Of a DNA stretch of 64,000 nt, positions 41,234 through 49,650 are shown piece after piece (position 1 is the first letter of the stretch; the number at the start of each line of letters is the position of its first letter). The stretch lies in IMG/VR virus record IMGVR_UViG_3300047548_000985, positions 1 through 64,000 of that record. The stretch is one strand, 5' to 3'. A program made the position numbers and the translations under genes. The notes under the pieces are model-generated. The model worked only from the letters and a program-made list of their open reading frames with translations, was not told where the DNA came from and ran no database searches. The DNA comes from an uncultured virus (IMG/VR IMGVR_UViG_3300047548_000985). Its lineage: Duplodnaviria > Heunggongvirae > Uroviricota > Caudoviricetes.

Positions 41234-42657
41234 TATCTTACCTCAAAGTTAACTTTTACGTCAACACCAAAATTAGCACCAGTCCAAGGTGAGTGTGCTG
41301 GACATCTCGATGTAATGCTTGGTAATTTTAGTGGCAATGGCCAAAATCCTGTGGGTTTTAGAATAGTCTCGTCGTGCAATTTAATTGGTATAGCCGGGAC
41401 TTTTTGTGGAACAAGACATGTGCTTCCGGAGTTAATATTTACGGGTGATCCATTTATATATGTGGTCGCGCTACTTGCATACGATGCGTCACCACCAGAC
41501 AACATGCTCATGCCTCCATCCACTTTAACGGTGAAACTACTGATCACATACTGGTTAAACGTAGTTCCAACTCTAAAGTTCATATCTTTTTTAGTAGTGA
41601 CATTTAATTGTTCTGCGTAAATGTTCATTTTTTTCTTCGCATGGAAGTTAATGTCTCTATCAGCATGTAAATTGACATCTCCTTCAGAACGAACATTAAA
41701 ACTGTTTGCGGTGTACATGTCAATTGTACCTTCGAGGCCCATTTCTATCCAAGACTTACCACTTGAATGCATAATGAAAATTGATTGAATTGTATCATTC
41801 ATCATAATCATATGACCAGTGGTTGTACGCAAACGCATCAATTGATCCGCACCGCCAGCATCACCATCATCCATTGTAAACGTGTGGCCACCTCGCCTTG
41901 CATCAACGTTTAATGAGGGATCTGATCCTCCAATCCTCGGAGCATCTTTTTGTCCGCCCATATAAACAGGTCGACCTGGAGTACTTATACCAAATACTCT
42001 ACTAGGTGATTCTCTCATTGCACTTGATCCGATTACTCCTCGATCTGGATCACGAATTAATCCTTGATGAAACAGAACCGCTGCATGATATGAATGAACT
42101 GGTTTAATTTCTGTTTCGTAAAAAATTGATCCAGCGATGCTAGGGTCATTATCGTTTATTTCAGTAACAGGAAATCTAGGCACATCTACATATTTCTGTG
42201 CTTCAACTGGATTCAATGTTGCCTCGCTTGGAGGGACAGATCCAATTGCAGGAATCATTTGATTAAATGCAGGTTGCGGGATGCATCCAATATAGTACCC
42301 AAAGTTAATATCACCACGCAAGAAAATACAAACTACATGCGTCTCTAAGTCAGGCGGGGTATACCAAAATCCATAAGAATGGGGATCGTTAATATATTTA
42401 CCTACCCCGGACCTTGGTGAAGGACCGTTTGTTTGTCCATAAAAAGGGGACATATAACTTACTGTTACCCAACTGTTTCTATCATCAGGATCAGATGCAC
42501 CAAACTCGGAGATATAAACTTGTAGTCGACCACTCTTAAGAGAATCGACATTGTTTTTTACAATCCCCAAAACTGGATAATTGACAACCTTTTGACCAGG
42601 TTTATCGGGACTAAACCCTGATGTTACACCCCTAACTTTTGAAACGTCATCTGCCAT
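41233..42657 (-). CDS. gp5: baseplate hub/central spike protein (gp5/VgrG-like OB-fold plus beta-helix)
   Basis: LGIVKNNVD..SGRLQVYI...WVTV.YMSPFYG...SYGFW..PPD....V; GHTFTMDDG..LMRLRTTTGH; beta-helix repeats. Confidence 0.8.
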   Translation of the reverse strand: MADDVSKVRGVTSGFSPDKPGQKVVNYPVLGIVKNNVDSLKSGRLQVYISEFGASDPDDRNSWVTVSYMSPFYGQTNGPSPRSGVGKYINDPHSYGFWYTPPDLETHVVCIFLRGDINFGYYIGCIPQPAFNQMIPAIGSVPPSEATLNPVEAQKYVDVPRFPVTEINDNDPSIAGSIFYETEIKPVHSYHAAVLFHQGLIRDPDRGVIGSSAMRESPSRVFGISTPGRPVYMGGQKDAPRIGGSDPSLNVDARRGGHTFTMDDGDAGGADQLMRLRTTTGHMIMMNDTIQSIFIMHSSGKSWIEMGLEGTIDMYTANSFNVRSEGDVNLHADRDINFHAKKKMNIYAEQLNVTTKKDMNFRVGTTFNQYVISSFTVKVDGGMSMLSGGDASYASSATTYINGSPVNINSGSTCLVPQKVPAIPIKLHDETILKPTGFWPLPLKLPSITSRCPAHSPWTGANFGVDVKVNFEVR

Positions 42658-42661
42658 TTAT

Positions 42662-45094
42662 TTATCCTTGATATTCGAATTGCCCCGCATCTTCATCCTG
42701 ACCTGCGGGAGTTGGTTTGATTTCTTGTTCGATTGGAGTAGGTGCTGATACTGGTGTATCTTGTACATTTGCACCTGCATTTGCCGGGGCTGCAGGAGCA
42801 GACTGATTTGGTGGAGGATTATTAGAAATCACAAAGCCTCCACCGTATACATTGTTTAATCGATCATCTAAAACTAGAAATGCATCCAAATTCTGTGTAA
42901 ATTTTCCTTTACTAAACGAACTTTTAACAGAACGTAGTTGATAAACAAATCCAGTAGGTGCTTCAGTTTTGGCTGAAGCATAGAATCTAATGTCACGGTT
43001 AACATCCATAGTTCCATCATCTTTTTTAAAGTCGGTTACTTGTTGGAAAATAATTTCAACAAAAACCTGTCCTCCTGTTGGATTAATCGTAAAATTATCC
43101 ATACCATAAAACGATTCGAACAGTTTATTTAACCCTGCACTGGTGGAGTAAATTATATAATCTGGATCTCCTGTTATTTGAATGTTAGTTTCTATCGTAT
43201 CACCCGGTGAATAAAGGTCCGTCATAACACCCTCGACTGGAATAGCCGACCTAGCCGATCTATTTGCTTGCATGGCGTCTGGTGCAGCGGTGGTATCAGT
43301 AATACCACCGTATGCTGGATTCCCTACATTATCTGGAGCTGATTTAACGTAATACAAGTTATTAAAATTTTGCTCATAACTTAAAATGTTTGTATTTTTT
43401 CCAGTGTACCAATACTCATATACCTTGTGAGGACCTAAGTATTGAGATGGATTGCCAAATGCTGAACGAAGGTACGGAACTTTATATGTTTGAACCATGT
43501 AGGTTATTTTATAGGTAAAAGTATTTCTTTCTTTTGAAAACCCCTTTACTTCTACCTTTGGAGTAATAGTAAACCATTTCATCGGTTCTGCTGACTTATT
43601 TTCATCATAGCTATTGCCGTTTGGGTTTTGCTCACTACCTGTTCTATTTGTCTTTAAGACTTTCACCATTTTTTCTGGGAAAGAGCTGACTGCAATCATT
43701 TGTTCTATTGTTTGAATAATAGATTGCCCCTCTGGTATTGTAAACGTTTTTGTATTTTTATTAGGAGCTGCTACCTGAGTTAGGTTTTGACTAGAGTTTA
43801 CAGTTTGGTTAATTTTACCTAAATTATTACCGTCTAGTTCTTTTACTCTGTCAAACTCTTTTTTTAGTTTTGAGTTTACTAACAAAGCGTTTTTAATTTC
43901 GGTGATAGCGTCAGGTGAGTATTCAATTTTGTAATCAGTCGTTATAGTAAGCTTTGCATTTTCACCATTTTTTCTAGGTTTTAGAAATTTTTGCTGCTCA
44001 TCATTCATATGATCGATAAAACTTTGAATAGCATCACCCACTGTAATTGCGCTAACTTCACAGTTAGATTTAACTCGACCATCGATTTGTCCTATGCCTA
44101 TTAATTCATTCACGTTTGCGGCTGTTACTTTATAACAAGTGACTCTTCCGTCCAATTTAAATTCTATTTTTGTTATTTTTATTGCAAACACTCGTTCAAA
44201 TAACCCATTCTTATCAACCAAGGAAACATCATTTCCTCCTTTATAAGTATCTCCAGTTACAACATTTCCGTCTTTGTCATACCCAAAGAATCTTATTGCA
44301 ATTGCGTAGTGTTGATTTATTGCGCTTTGACTTTGTGAAATTCCAGGTATTTTTGATTTAGCTAATATGGTTTTGGCCGCAGTTGTAAGTCTATTAACAA
44401 AAGAAATACTATAAGGCTCATAAATATTAAACTCAAAGTCAATCGATGAGGTTGTTGCTGGGTTATTTTCAATCGCAGTTTTTGTATCAAACTTTAAGTC
44501 ATCAATATAAACATCTAACTTTTCAAACCCAGGAGCTCTCTTTACTTTGTCAGGAGTTGGTTGCCCACTACTACCACTTTGACAAACTAAAACTGCTTCC
44601 CCTCTTTCTATCGCTCTAGCTAAACCAGGACCACCTTCTGCTACTAAACTATTTTGTGCTTCCGGGGTAAGCATATAAAGACTAATTTGATATGTAAAAC
44701 TAGAAAAGTCATCAAGCGGATTGCTTTTTCTCCTACCGACTGGTCCAGTTGACGTAGATTTTTTTGGGCTATCTGTTTTATTTACCCCAGTGTTTGTGTT
44801 AGATCGTGAAAGTAAATTAGAAGCGATCTTATTTCTATTTGTAACTGGGGAAAGTAAATTCGTAACTGCTGTTTTGGCCTGACCGGGTGCTGATGAAGCC
44901 AATCTACTGAGTGAAGAAACCCCTGAAGTCACAGAATTAACTGTATTGTTTACAGCACTAGAAATACCTTGAATGCCACCAGTGAGTGAACCGAATGGCA
45001 CTCCTATATCTTCTTGTATTGAATTCTGAGCTTTTGCTAATGCACCAGTTAGTCCGCTTATAAACGGAGGGTCAGTTAGATTGAAAAATGACAT
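42662..45094 (-). CDS. baseplate hub protein (gp27/GpD-like)
   Basis: Lies between gp53-like and gp5; C-terminal IQITGDPDY...V.SSFSKGKFTQ.L pattern. Confidence 0.55.
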   Translation of the reverse strand: MSFFNLTDPPFISGLTGALAKAQNSIQEDIGVPFGSLTGGIQGISSAVNNTVNSVTSGVSSLSRLASSAPGQAKTAVTNLLSPVTNRNKIASNLLSRSNTNTGVNKTDSPKKSTSTGPVGRRKSNPLDDFSSFTYQISLYMLTPEAQNSLVAEGGPGLARAIERGEAVLVCQSGSSGQPTPDKVKRAPGFEKLDVYIDDLKFDTKTAIENNPATTSSIDFEFNIYEPYSISFVNRLTTAAKTILAKSKIPGISQSQSAINQHYAIAIRFFGYDKDGNVVTGDTYKGGNDVSLVDKNGLFERVFAIKITKIEFKLDGRVTCYKVTAANVNELIGIGQIDGRVKSNCEVSAITVGDAIQSFIDHMNDEQQKFLKPRKNGENAKLTITTDYKIEYSPDAITEIKNALLVNSKLKKEFDRVKELDGNNLGKINQTVNSSQNLTQVAAPNKNTKTFTIPEGQSIIQTIEQMIAVSSFPEKMVKVLKTNRTGSEQNPNGNSYDENKSAEPMKWFTITPKVEVKGFSKERNTFTYKITYMVQTYKVPYLRSAFGNPSQYLGPHKVYEYWYTGKNTNILSYEQNFNNLYYVKSAPDNVGNPAYGGITDTTAAPDAMQANRSARSAIPVEGVMTDLYSPGDTIETNIQITGDPDYIIYSTSAGLNKLFESFYGMDNFTINPTGGQVFVEIIFQQVTDFKKDDGTMDVNRDIRFYASAKTEAPTGFVYQLRSVKSSFSKGKFTQNLDAFLVLDDRLNNVYGGGFVISNNPPPNQSAPAAPANAGANVQDTPVSAPTPIEQEIKPTPAGQDEDAGQFEYQG

Positions 45095-45394
45095 TTAGAA
45101 TCCTAATGTTGATTTTAAATTAGTAAGTTTAGGTAAATAGATGTTTGTCCCTGCGACAAAATCAAAAAGAGGATCTTTGAGACGATTGGGATTTCTCTGT
45201 GCAAAGACCCACCATAACCTACTTTCATTATAAAGATCATGAGCCAGTAAATCTGGTCTTAGATGATAAACTTGGTTTATTGTCCATAGCTGATCTGTTG
45301 CATCCATAGGAACTTTTCTGTTTTCCATTACATCGAGGTAAAGATTGTCTACAACTGATGTAAAAAAGTAAGGGCTTACCTTAGAATATGACAT
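45095..45394 (-). CDS. gp53: baseplate wedge protein gp53-like (LysM-like)
   Basis: YHLRPDLLAHDLY...LWWVFAQRNP; start taken as the ATG at 45394 overlapping the upstream TAA. Confidence 0.8.
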   Translation of the reverse strand: MSYSKVSPYFFTSVVDNLYLDVMENRKVPMDATDQLWTINQVYHLRPDLLAHDLYNESRLWWVFAQRNPNRLKDPLFDFVAGTNIYLPKLTNLKSTLGF

Positions 45395-46803
45395 TACCAA
45401 ATTCCTCTTAGTTTTCCTTGTGCGTATTTCTCAACGCTAAAGTTATTGCTGATATCACTTCTAGTGACAATAGGTATGCAAGTTAAGTTAATTTGCATTT
45501 TCGTAGGAACATAAGTTGCATCTGTTCTAGTCAACGATGTGAACTTAGGAGGTGAGGTCGCAGCACCAGGTCGAAGATTAGAAGAAAACAATCTGTTAAG
45601 TCCAGGTACGTTGACATTTTGTTTATACTTGTAGGGATCTAAGGTTACTCCTGTTGTAGCTTTAGGTCCAGTTCTAATATAGTCAACATCATCCGGTAAA
45701 TTATACTGAAATGTATTAACTAACAAAGGATGATTATCAAATTGATACGGACCTAATCCCGTCAAGAAACACAGCGGCGGAGGTGTACCCCTAACTGGAT
45801 TTGCATCCTGTCCATAAAACATTTTTGTTACACTTCTAAAAAAGTGTATCACTGCTAATAAGTAGTTTGCTTCTTCTAAATCTTGGGCTGTAAAATAAGC
45901 AGTTATGTTAATTTGACTTACTTCGCTGTTCTTGTATTGATAGAATTTGTAATTCGTATGTGCTAAGTCAGCCGGTTCATAATTCGCCTGATAAGAAAAT
46001 CCTATTTGAGGTAAGTAAGGGAAAATTACACCATCTGTTTCTTTTAGTGGAAATAAAGGATCATTTGGCTGCGCTGCTCTGTAAAGATAAGTTGCACTCT
46101 TTGCAAGAGACAACTTAACTCTCCAATCACCATTTGCTTTGCTTGTAGGTTCTTCGGATGCTATCTTAGCTGTGTTCGCTCTGTTTAGGTCTGTATTGAT
46201 TCCCAATTCACCTAATGCAGCATCAGTAGGTAAATCAGTATTGATACCCAGTTCTCCGACATCAGCAACCCCATCTGGCACTGGTGGTTCAGTTAATGCT
46301 GTATTGATTCCCAATTCACCTAATGCAGCATCAGTAGGTAAATCAGTATTGATACCCAGTTCTCCGACATCAGCGACCCCATCTGGCACAGGTGGATCTT
46401 CTAACGGTACAGGAGGAGAAGAGGTTTCTTGCAGACTTAATGAGATTCGATTTGTAACTTCATCAATACTGACAGGTGCCCACCCTCTAGCAACAAAAAA
46501 GTTATCTTCTGTTCCGGTGAGTCGTTGATCGGTTACACTCGTGCTGGTTGCGCTTATACCACTAACTATGCCCCTTAGCCCTACACCACCACCTCCTCCT
46601 GCTCCCTCTTGCTCTAATTGTCTTGCTAAGCCGGTAACTATATTATCTAAATTTGTGTTTGTATAACCGAAACTTACGATTTGAGATGCTACTTGCCCCG
46701 TCGGGGCCGTAACAGTAATAGTCTGCTCGTTGGTCACAGTGTCCAAAACACTAGTAGTAACTGTCCCATCAGTGGCTGTGTAAGTACTCGTATATTGTGG
46801 CAT
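45394..46803 (-). CDS. baseplate/tail-tube initiator protein (gp48/gp54-like) with low-complexity N-terminal extension
   Basis: GVIFPYLPQI...HTNY.FYQY.NSEV...PPPLCFL.GLG.YQF...YVPTKMQI; position upstream of gp53. Confidence 0.6.
   Translation of the reverse strand: MPQYTSTYTATDGTVTTSVLDTVTNEQTITVTAPTGQVASQIVSFGYTNTNLDNIVTGLARQLEQEGAGGGGGVGLRGIVSGISATSTSVTDQRLTGTEDNFFVARGWAPVSIDEVTNRISLSLQETSSPPVPLEDPPVPDGVADVGELGINTDLPTDAALGELGINTALTEPPVPDGVADVGELGINTDLPTDAALGELGINTDLNRANTAKIASEEPTSKANGDWRVKLSLAKSATYLYRAAQPNDPLFPLKETDGVIFPYLPQIGFSYQANYEPADLAHTNYKFYQYKNSEVSQINITAYFTAQDLEEANYLLAVIHFFRSVTKMFYGQDANPVRGTPPPLCFLTGLGPYQFDNHPLLVNTFQYNLPDDVDYIRTGPKATTGVTLDPYKYKQNVNVPGLNRLFSSNLRPGAATSPPKFTSLTRTDATYVPTKMQINLTCIPIVTRSDISNNFSVEKYAQGKLRGIW
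46191..46395. repeat. 108-bp near-perfect direct repeat (2 copies, 36 aa)
   Basis: ctgtattgattcccaattcacctaatgcagcatcagtaggtaaatcagtattgatacccagttctccgacatcagc at 46191 and 46299. Confidence 0.95.
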
Positions 46804-46825
46804 ATTAAACTTTAATCCTCAGTTA

Positions 46826-46842
46826 TATTTATCAGATAAATA
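46826..46842. promoter_or_regulatory. palindromic back-to-back late promoters TATTTATC-A-GATAAATA
   Basis: ATAAATA on the minus strand (46826-46832) and on the plus strand (46836-46842). Confidence 0.6.
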
Positions 46843-46872
46843 AAGTACTATTTTTACCTTTCCCTCTTAGGA

Positions 46873-46901
46873 TTGCTTTCTCCTATCAATCCTGTTAAAG
46901 T
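46873..46901 (+). promoter_or_regulatory. sigma70-like promoter facing the 3' end of the homing endonuclease gene (antisense)
   Basis: TTGCTT-N17-TAAAGT with an extended -10 TG at 46893-46894. Confidence 0.45.
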
Positions 46902-46910
46902 CTTACACAT

Positions 46911-47546
46911 TCACAAAAGGATTTTAAACTTGCAATTATCAAAATGATACCTATTCATGTTTGTTACCCCACCCTCTTTTCCACAGTGGGTGCATATTAC
47001 AGTTCTTTGGGGACCTCTAGGTACACCTAATTTTTTTGCACTCAATTCAGGTCTTTTTTTACCTTTTAACTTACTAGGTTTACCAGTCTTTCCAGCACTA
47101 ATTGCAGGATTCTTTTTGCCCTTTCTTGCCCTATTTGACTCTGCTAACTTTGCTGCATGAGACGGAGATTTAGGTTTTCCTTTTAACGGACTAGGTATCC
47201 CTTTCTTAGCATCACTCATCCTTTTTCTAGTCTCTTCACTCCTGATACAACCTGATGCACCTTCACCGCCGTCCGTTTTATTTCTTAAAATTCCTTTGTT
47301 TAGGTCTTTCCTGCCATACCACCTAATCATTCTACGTTCGACGGCAAGAGCACCTAATTCAGTTAAATTGGATTCAAGAATTACAATTCTTTCATTGTTA
47401 TTTGGTGCGCTAATGGGTTCGCATTTCATTTTTATCCAGGCGCGGTGACCTTTGCCCTTCCCAATATAATACGGTGAGCCGTCTTTTCTAAGATAGGCGT
47501 ATACATAAAAACCAAATGGTGGATTTTTTCTTGAATAAATAGACAT
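46911..47546 (-). mobile_element. free-standing GIY-YIG homing endonuclease with NUMOD3-like basic repeats
   Basis: FYVYAYLRKDGSPYYIGKGKG.RAW...E..AL.VER.MI..YGRKD...GILRN.TDGGEG; SEETRKRMS..KKG repeats; C-terminal CTHCGK...RYHFDNC. Confidence 0.9.
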
Positions 47547-47613
47547 GCTGATGCTCCTTCATAGCGTTAGAGTAGTTGGGAATTCCCGTTCCGCGAACTA
47601 CATTCTTATTTAT
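47547..47613 (-). promoter_or_regulatory. late promoter plus structured 5' leader of the endonuclease
   Basis: ATAAATA (47613-47607), then a GTAGTT..GGAA..TTCC..AACTAC stem, then a GCT-ATG-[AAGGAG]-CAT-C-AGC hairpin abutting the ATG. Confidence 0.6.
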
Positions 47614-47622
47614 GCAAAATAT

Positions 47623-47651
47623 TTGATATTTTGCCGTATCTATATTATACT
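47623..47651 (+). promoter_or_regulatory. sigma70-type early/middle promoter for gp55
   Basis: TTGATA(47623-28)-N17-TATACT(47646-51), 25 nt before ATG 47676. Confidence 0.7.
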
Positions 47652-47675
47652 TTCCATACTAAAAGGCAACCATCA

Positions 47676-48590
47676 ATGACCATACAATCCTCCCTACCAC
47701 CTGCAAAAAAAGTAAACTATTTAAATAATAAAGACATCTTGAAAGAGATTCATCTAAGCAAGAACTCATACTGTTCATTCAAGACAGAAGAGGATAACAA
47801 ATATGACCTAATCATAGATTTTCCGCATGAACCTCTAGAGAGGTCGTTTGAATATATGTTAAAAGAAGACACCCTTGAAAAGGCAAAGGAAAAAAGGGCT
47901 GCTAGGATTTTTGTTGAGACTGGAGAAAAAGTCGATTGCTCAACTATCCAAACGTCCGACTTAGTATTCAGAGTCATGACATGGGATCATATTCCACTTT
48001 CAAATAAAAAGCCAAAGAAAGTCGAAGCAAAGAAATCCGTAAAGGAAATATTTGCATTCGAGGAAGACGATAGCGAACCCTCATTTGAAGATTTAGAAGA
48101 TGTCGCAACTAAAGGGGAGGTTGACGACATGGTGCATGTTAAAGTAAACTTTCCTCCATTCCAGCATTTCAAGATTGACAAAAACAACTCAGTCGAGTGT
48201 GTGGGTAAGAGTCATTGGAAAGGTACAATCAACGACGGTGAATTTTGTAAAGATCATGGTCAGATCACCGACAAACTTGCCCGAATATACATTATGATGT
48301 GTGAAAAGTACGCAATGAAATACAACTGGCGAGGGTATACTTATAATGACGAAATGAGAAACAGCGGAATTCTTCAGCTAACTTATGTAGGACTTAGATT
48401 CAACGAAGCCAAAAGTGTAAACCCGTTTTCGTATTTTACACAAGTAATAACAAATAGCTTCTTACGCATTCTTAATTTGGAGAAGAAAGGTCAGAATCTG
48501 CGAGATGATATTCTAGAGATGAATGGGCTAAACCCATCATATACTAGACAGTTTAATAACTCTAGATCGCTGTCATCAGACGGTGACTGA
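47676..48590 (+). CDS. gp55: late-transcription sigma factor (T4 gp55-like)
   Basis: NYLNNKDIL.EI; GQITDKLA...NWRGYTYNDEM...KSVNPFSYFTQ.ITNSFLRILNLEKK; start placed at MTIQ (47676), downstream of the promoter; precedes gp47/gp46. Confidence 0.85.
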   Translation: MTIQSSLPPAKKVNYLNNKDILKEIHLSKNSYCSFKTEEDNKYDLIIDFPHEPLERSFEYMLKEDTLEKAKEKRAARIFVETGEKVDCSTIQTSDLVFRVMTWDHIPLSNKKPKKVEAKKSVKEIFAFEEDDSEPSFEDLEDVATKGEVDDMVHVKVNFPPFQHFKIDKNNSVECVGKSHWKGTINDGEFCKDHGQITDKLARIYIMMCEKYAMKYNWRGYTYNDEMRNSGILQLTYVGLRFNEAKSVNPFSYFTQVITNSFLRILNLEKKGQNLRDDILEMNGLNPSYTRQFNNSRSLSSDGD

Positions 48591-48604
48591 TTCTTCCAAC
48601 CAAT

Positions 48605-48633
48605 TTGCATCTTTCATTCAATTACAGTAAAAT
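48605..48633 (+). promoter_or_regulatory. sigma70-type promoter giving a probably leaderless gp47 mRNA
   Basis: TTGCAT-N17-TAAAAT; ATG begins 7 nt after the -10 box, with no SD. Confidence 0.6.
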
Positions 48634-48639
48634 ACTACC

Positions 48640-49650
48640 ATGAGCAATTTATTTAAAAAAGCGGCAGTTCTTACTGACCTACACGTTGGACTAAAAAACA
48701 ATAGTGTAGTTCATAACGAAGATTGTATTCAATTCGTTGAATGGTTTATTGAATCTGCAAAAAAGGAAGGATGTGATGTTTGTCTTTGTTTAGGTGATTG
48801 GCACAATCATAGGGCTACAATTAACATTCTTAGCCTAAACTACTCTATGCGGTGTTTGGAAAAGCTGAACGCAGGATTTTCCAAAGTCTATTTTATTACT
48901 GGTAATCATGATCTTTTTTATCGTGAGAACAGAACCGTTCATAGCGTAGCTTGGGCAGCGTATCTGCCAAACGTTGAAGTAATTAATGACATTTGGTCAG
49001 AGGGAGATGTTACATTGTGCCCTTGGCTCGTCGGTGACGAGAACAAAAAGTTAAAGAAGATCAAGACCAAATATACATTTGGGCACTTTGAACTTCCCAA
49101 TTTTTACATGAACGCACAAATCTTGATGCCTGATCACGGACAATATACTGAAGATATGTTTAATGGAACTGAACATGTCTTCAGTGGTCACTTTCATAAG
49201 CGTCAAACTAACAAGAATATTACTTACATCGGGAACGCATTCCCACACAACTATTCAGATGTTGGTGATAAAGAACGTGGAATGATGATTTTGGAATGGG
49301 GGAAAGCACCAAAATTTTATTCTTGGCCTAATCAACCATTGTATAATGTGTTTTCACTTAGTGAAATCCTAGACAAGCCAGAAGATTTACTCATACCAAA
49401 AAGTCATGTAAAAGTAAATCTTGATATTCCGATTAGTTACGAGGAAGCAAACTTCATTAGAGAGACTCTGATCCCGCAATACAATTTGCGAGAAATGGCT
49501 CTTATTCCTGCAAAATCAGAGGAGTTATTTGATACTGCATCTGAAACGAAATTTGAAAGTGTAGACAAGACTGTTATTGATCAAATCAATTCCATCGACA
49601 GTAAAACATACGACAAGAAGATTCTATTGGAAATTTATAATTCTCTATGA
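48640..49650 (+). CDS. gp47: recombination endonuclease subunit (Mre11/SbcD-like)
   Basis: Metallophosphoesterase motifs TDLHVG, LGDWH, GNHD, FGHFE, SGHFH. Confidence 0.92.
   Translation: MSNLFKKAAVLTDLHVGLKNNSVVHNEDCIQFVEWFIESAKKEGCDVCLCLGDWHNHRATINILSLNYSMRCLEKLNAGFSKVYFITGNHDLFYRENRTVHSVAWAAYLPNVEVINDIWSEGDVTLCPWLVGDENKKLKKIKTKYTFGHFELPNFYMNAQILMPDHGQYTEDMFNGTEHVFSGHFHKRQTNKNITYIGNAFPHNYSDVGDKERGMMILEWGKAPKFYSWPNQPLYNVFSLSEILDKPEDLLIPKSHVKVNLDIPISYEEANFIRETLIPQYNLREMALIPAKSEELFDTASETKFESVDKTVIDQINSIDSKTYDKKILLEIYNSL

Noticed and set aside
42659..42665. ATAAATA box before gp5
   Set aside because: It is only 1 nt from the ATG and overlaps the upstream stop codon, so it is probably coincidental.
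47631..47675. TTG start for gp55 given in the ORF track
   Set aside because: It lies within the sigma70 promoter spacer; the ATG at 47676 fits better.
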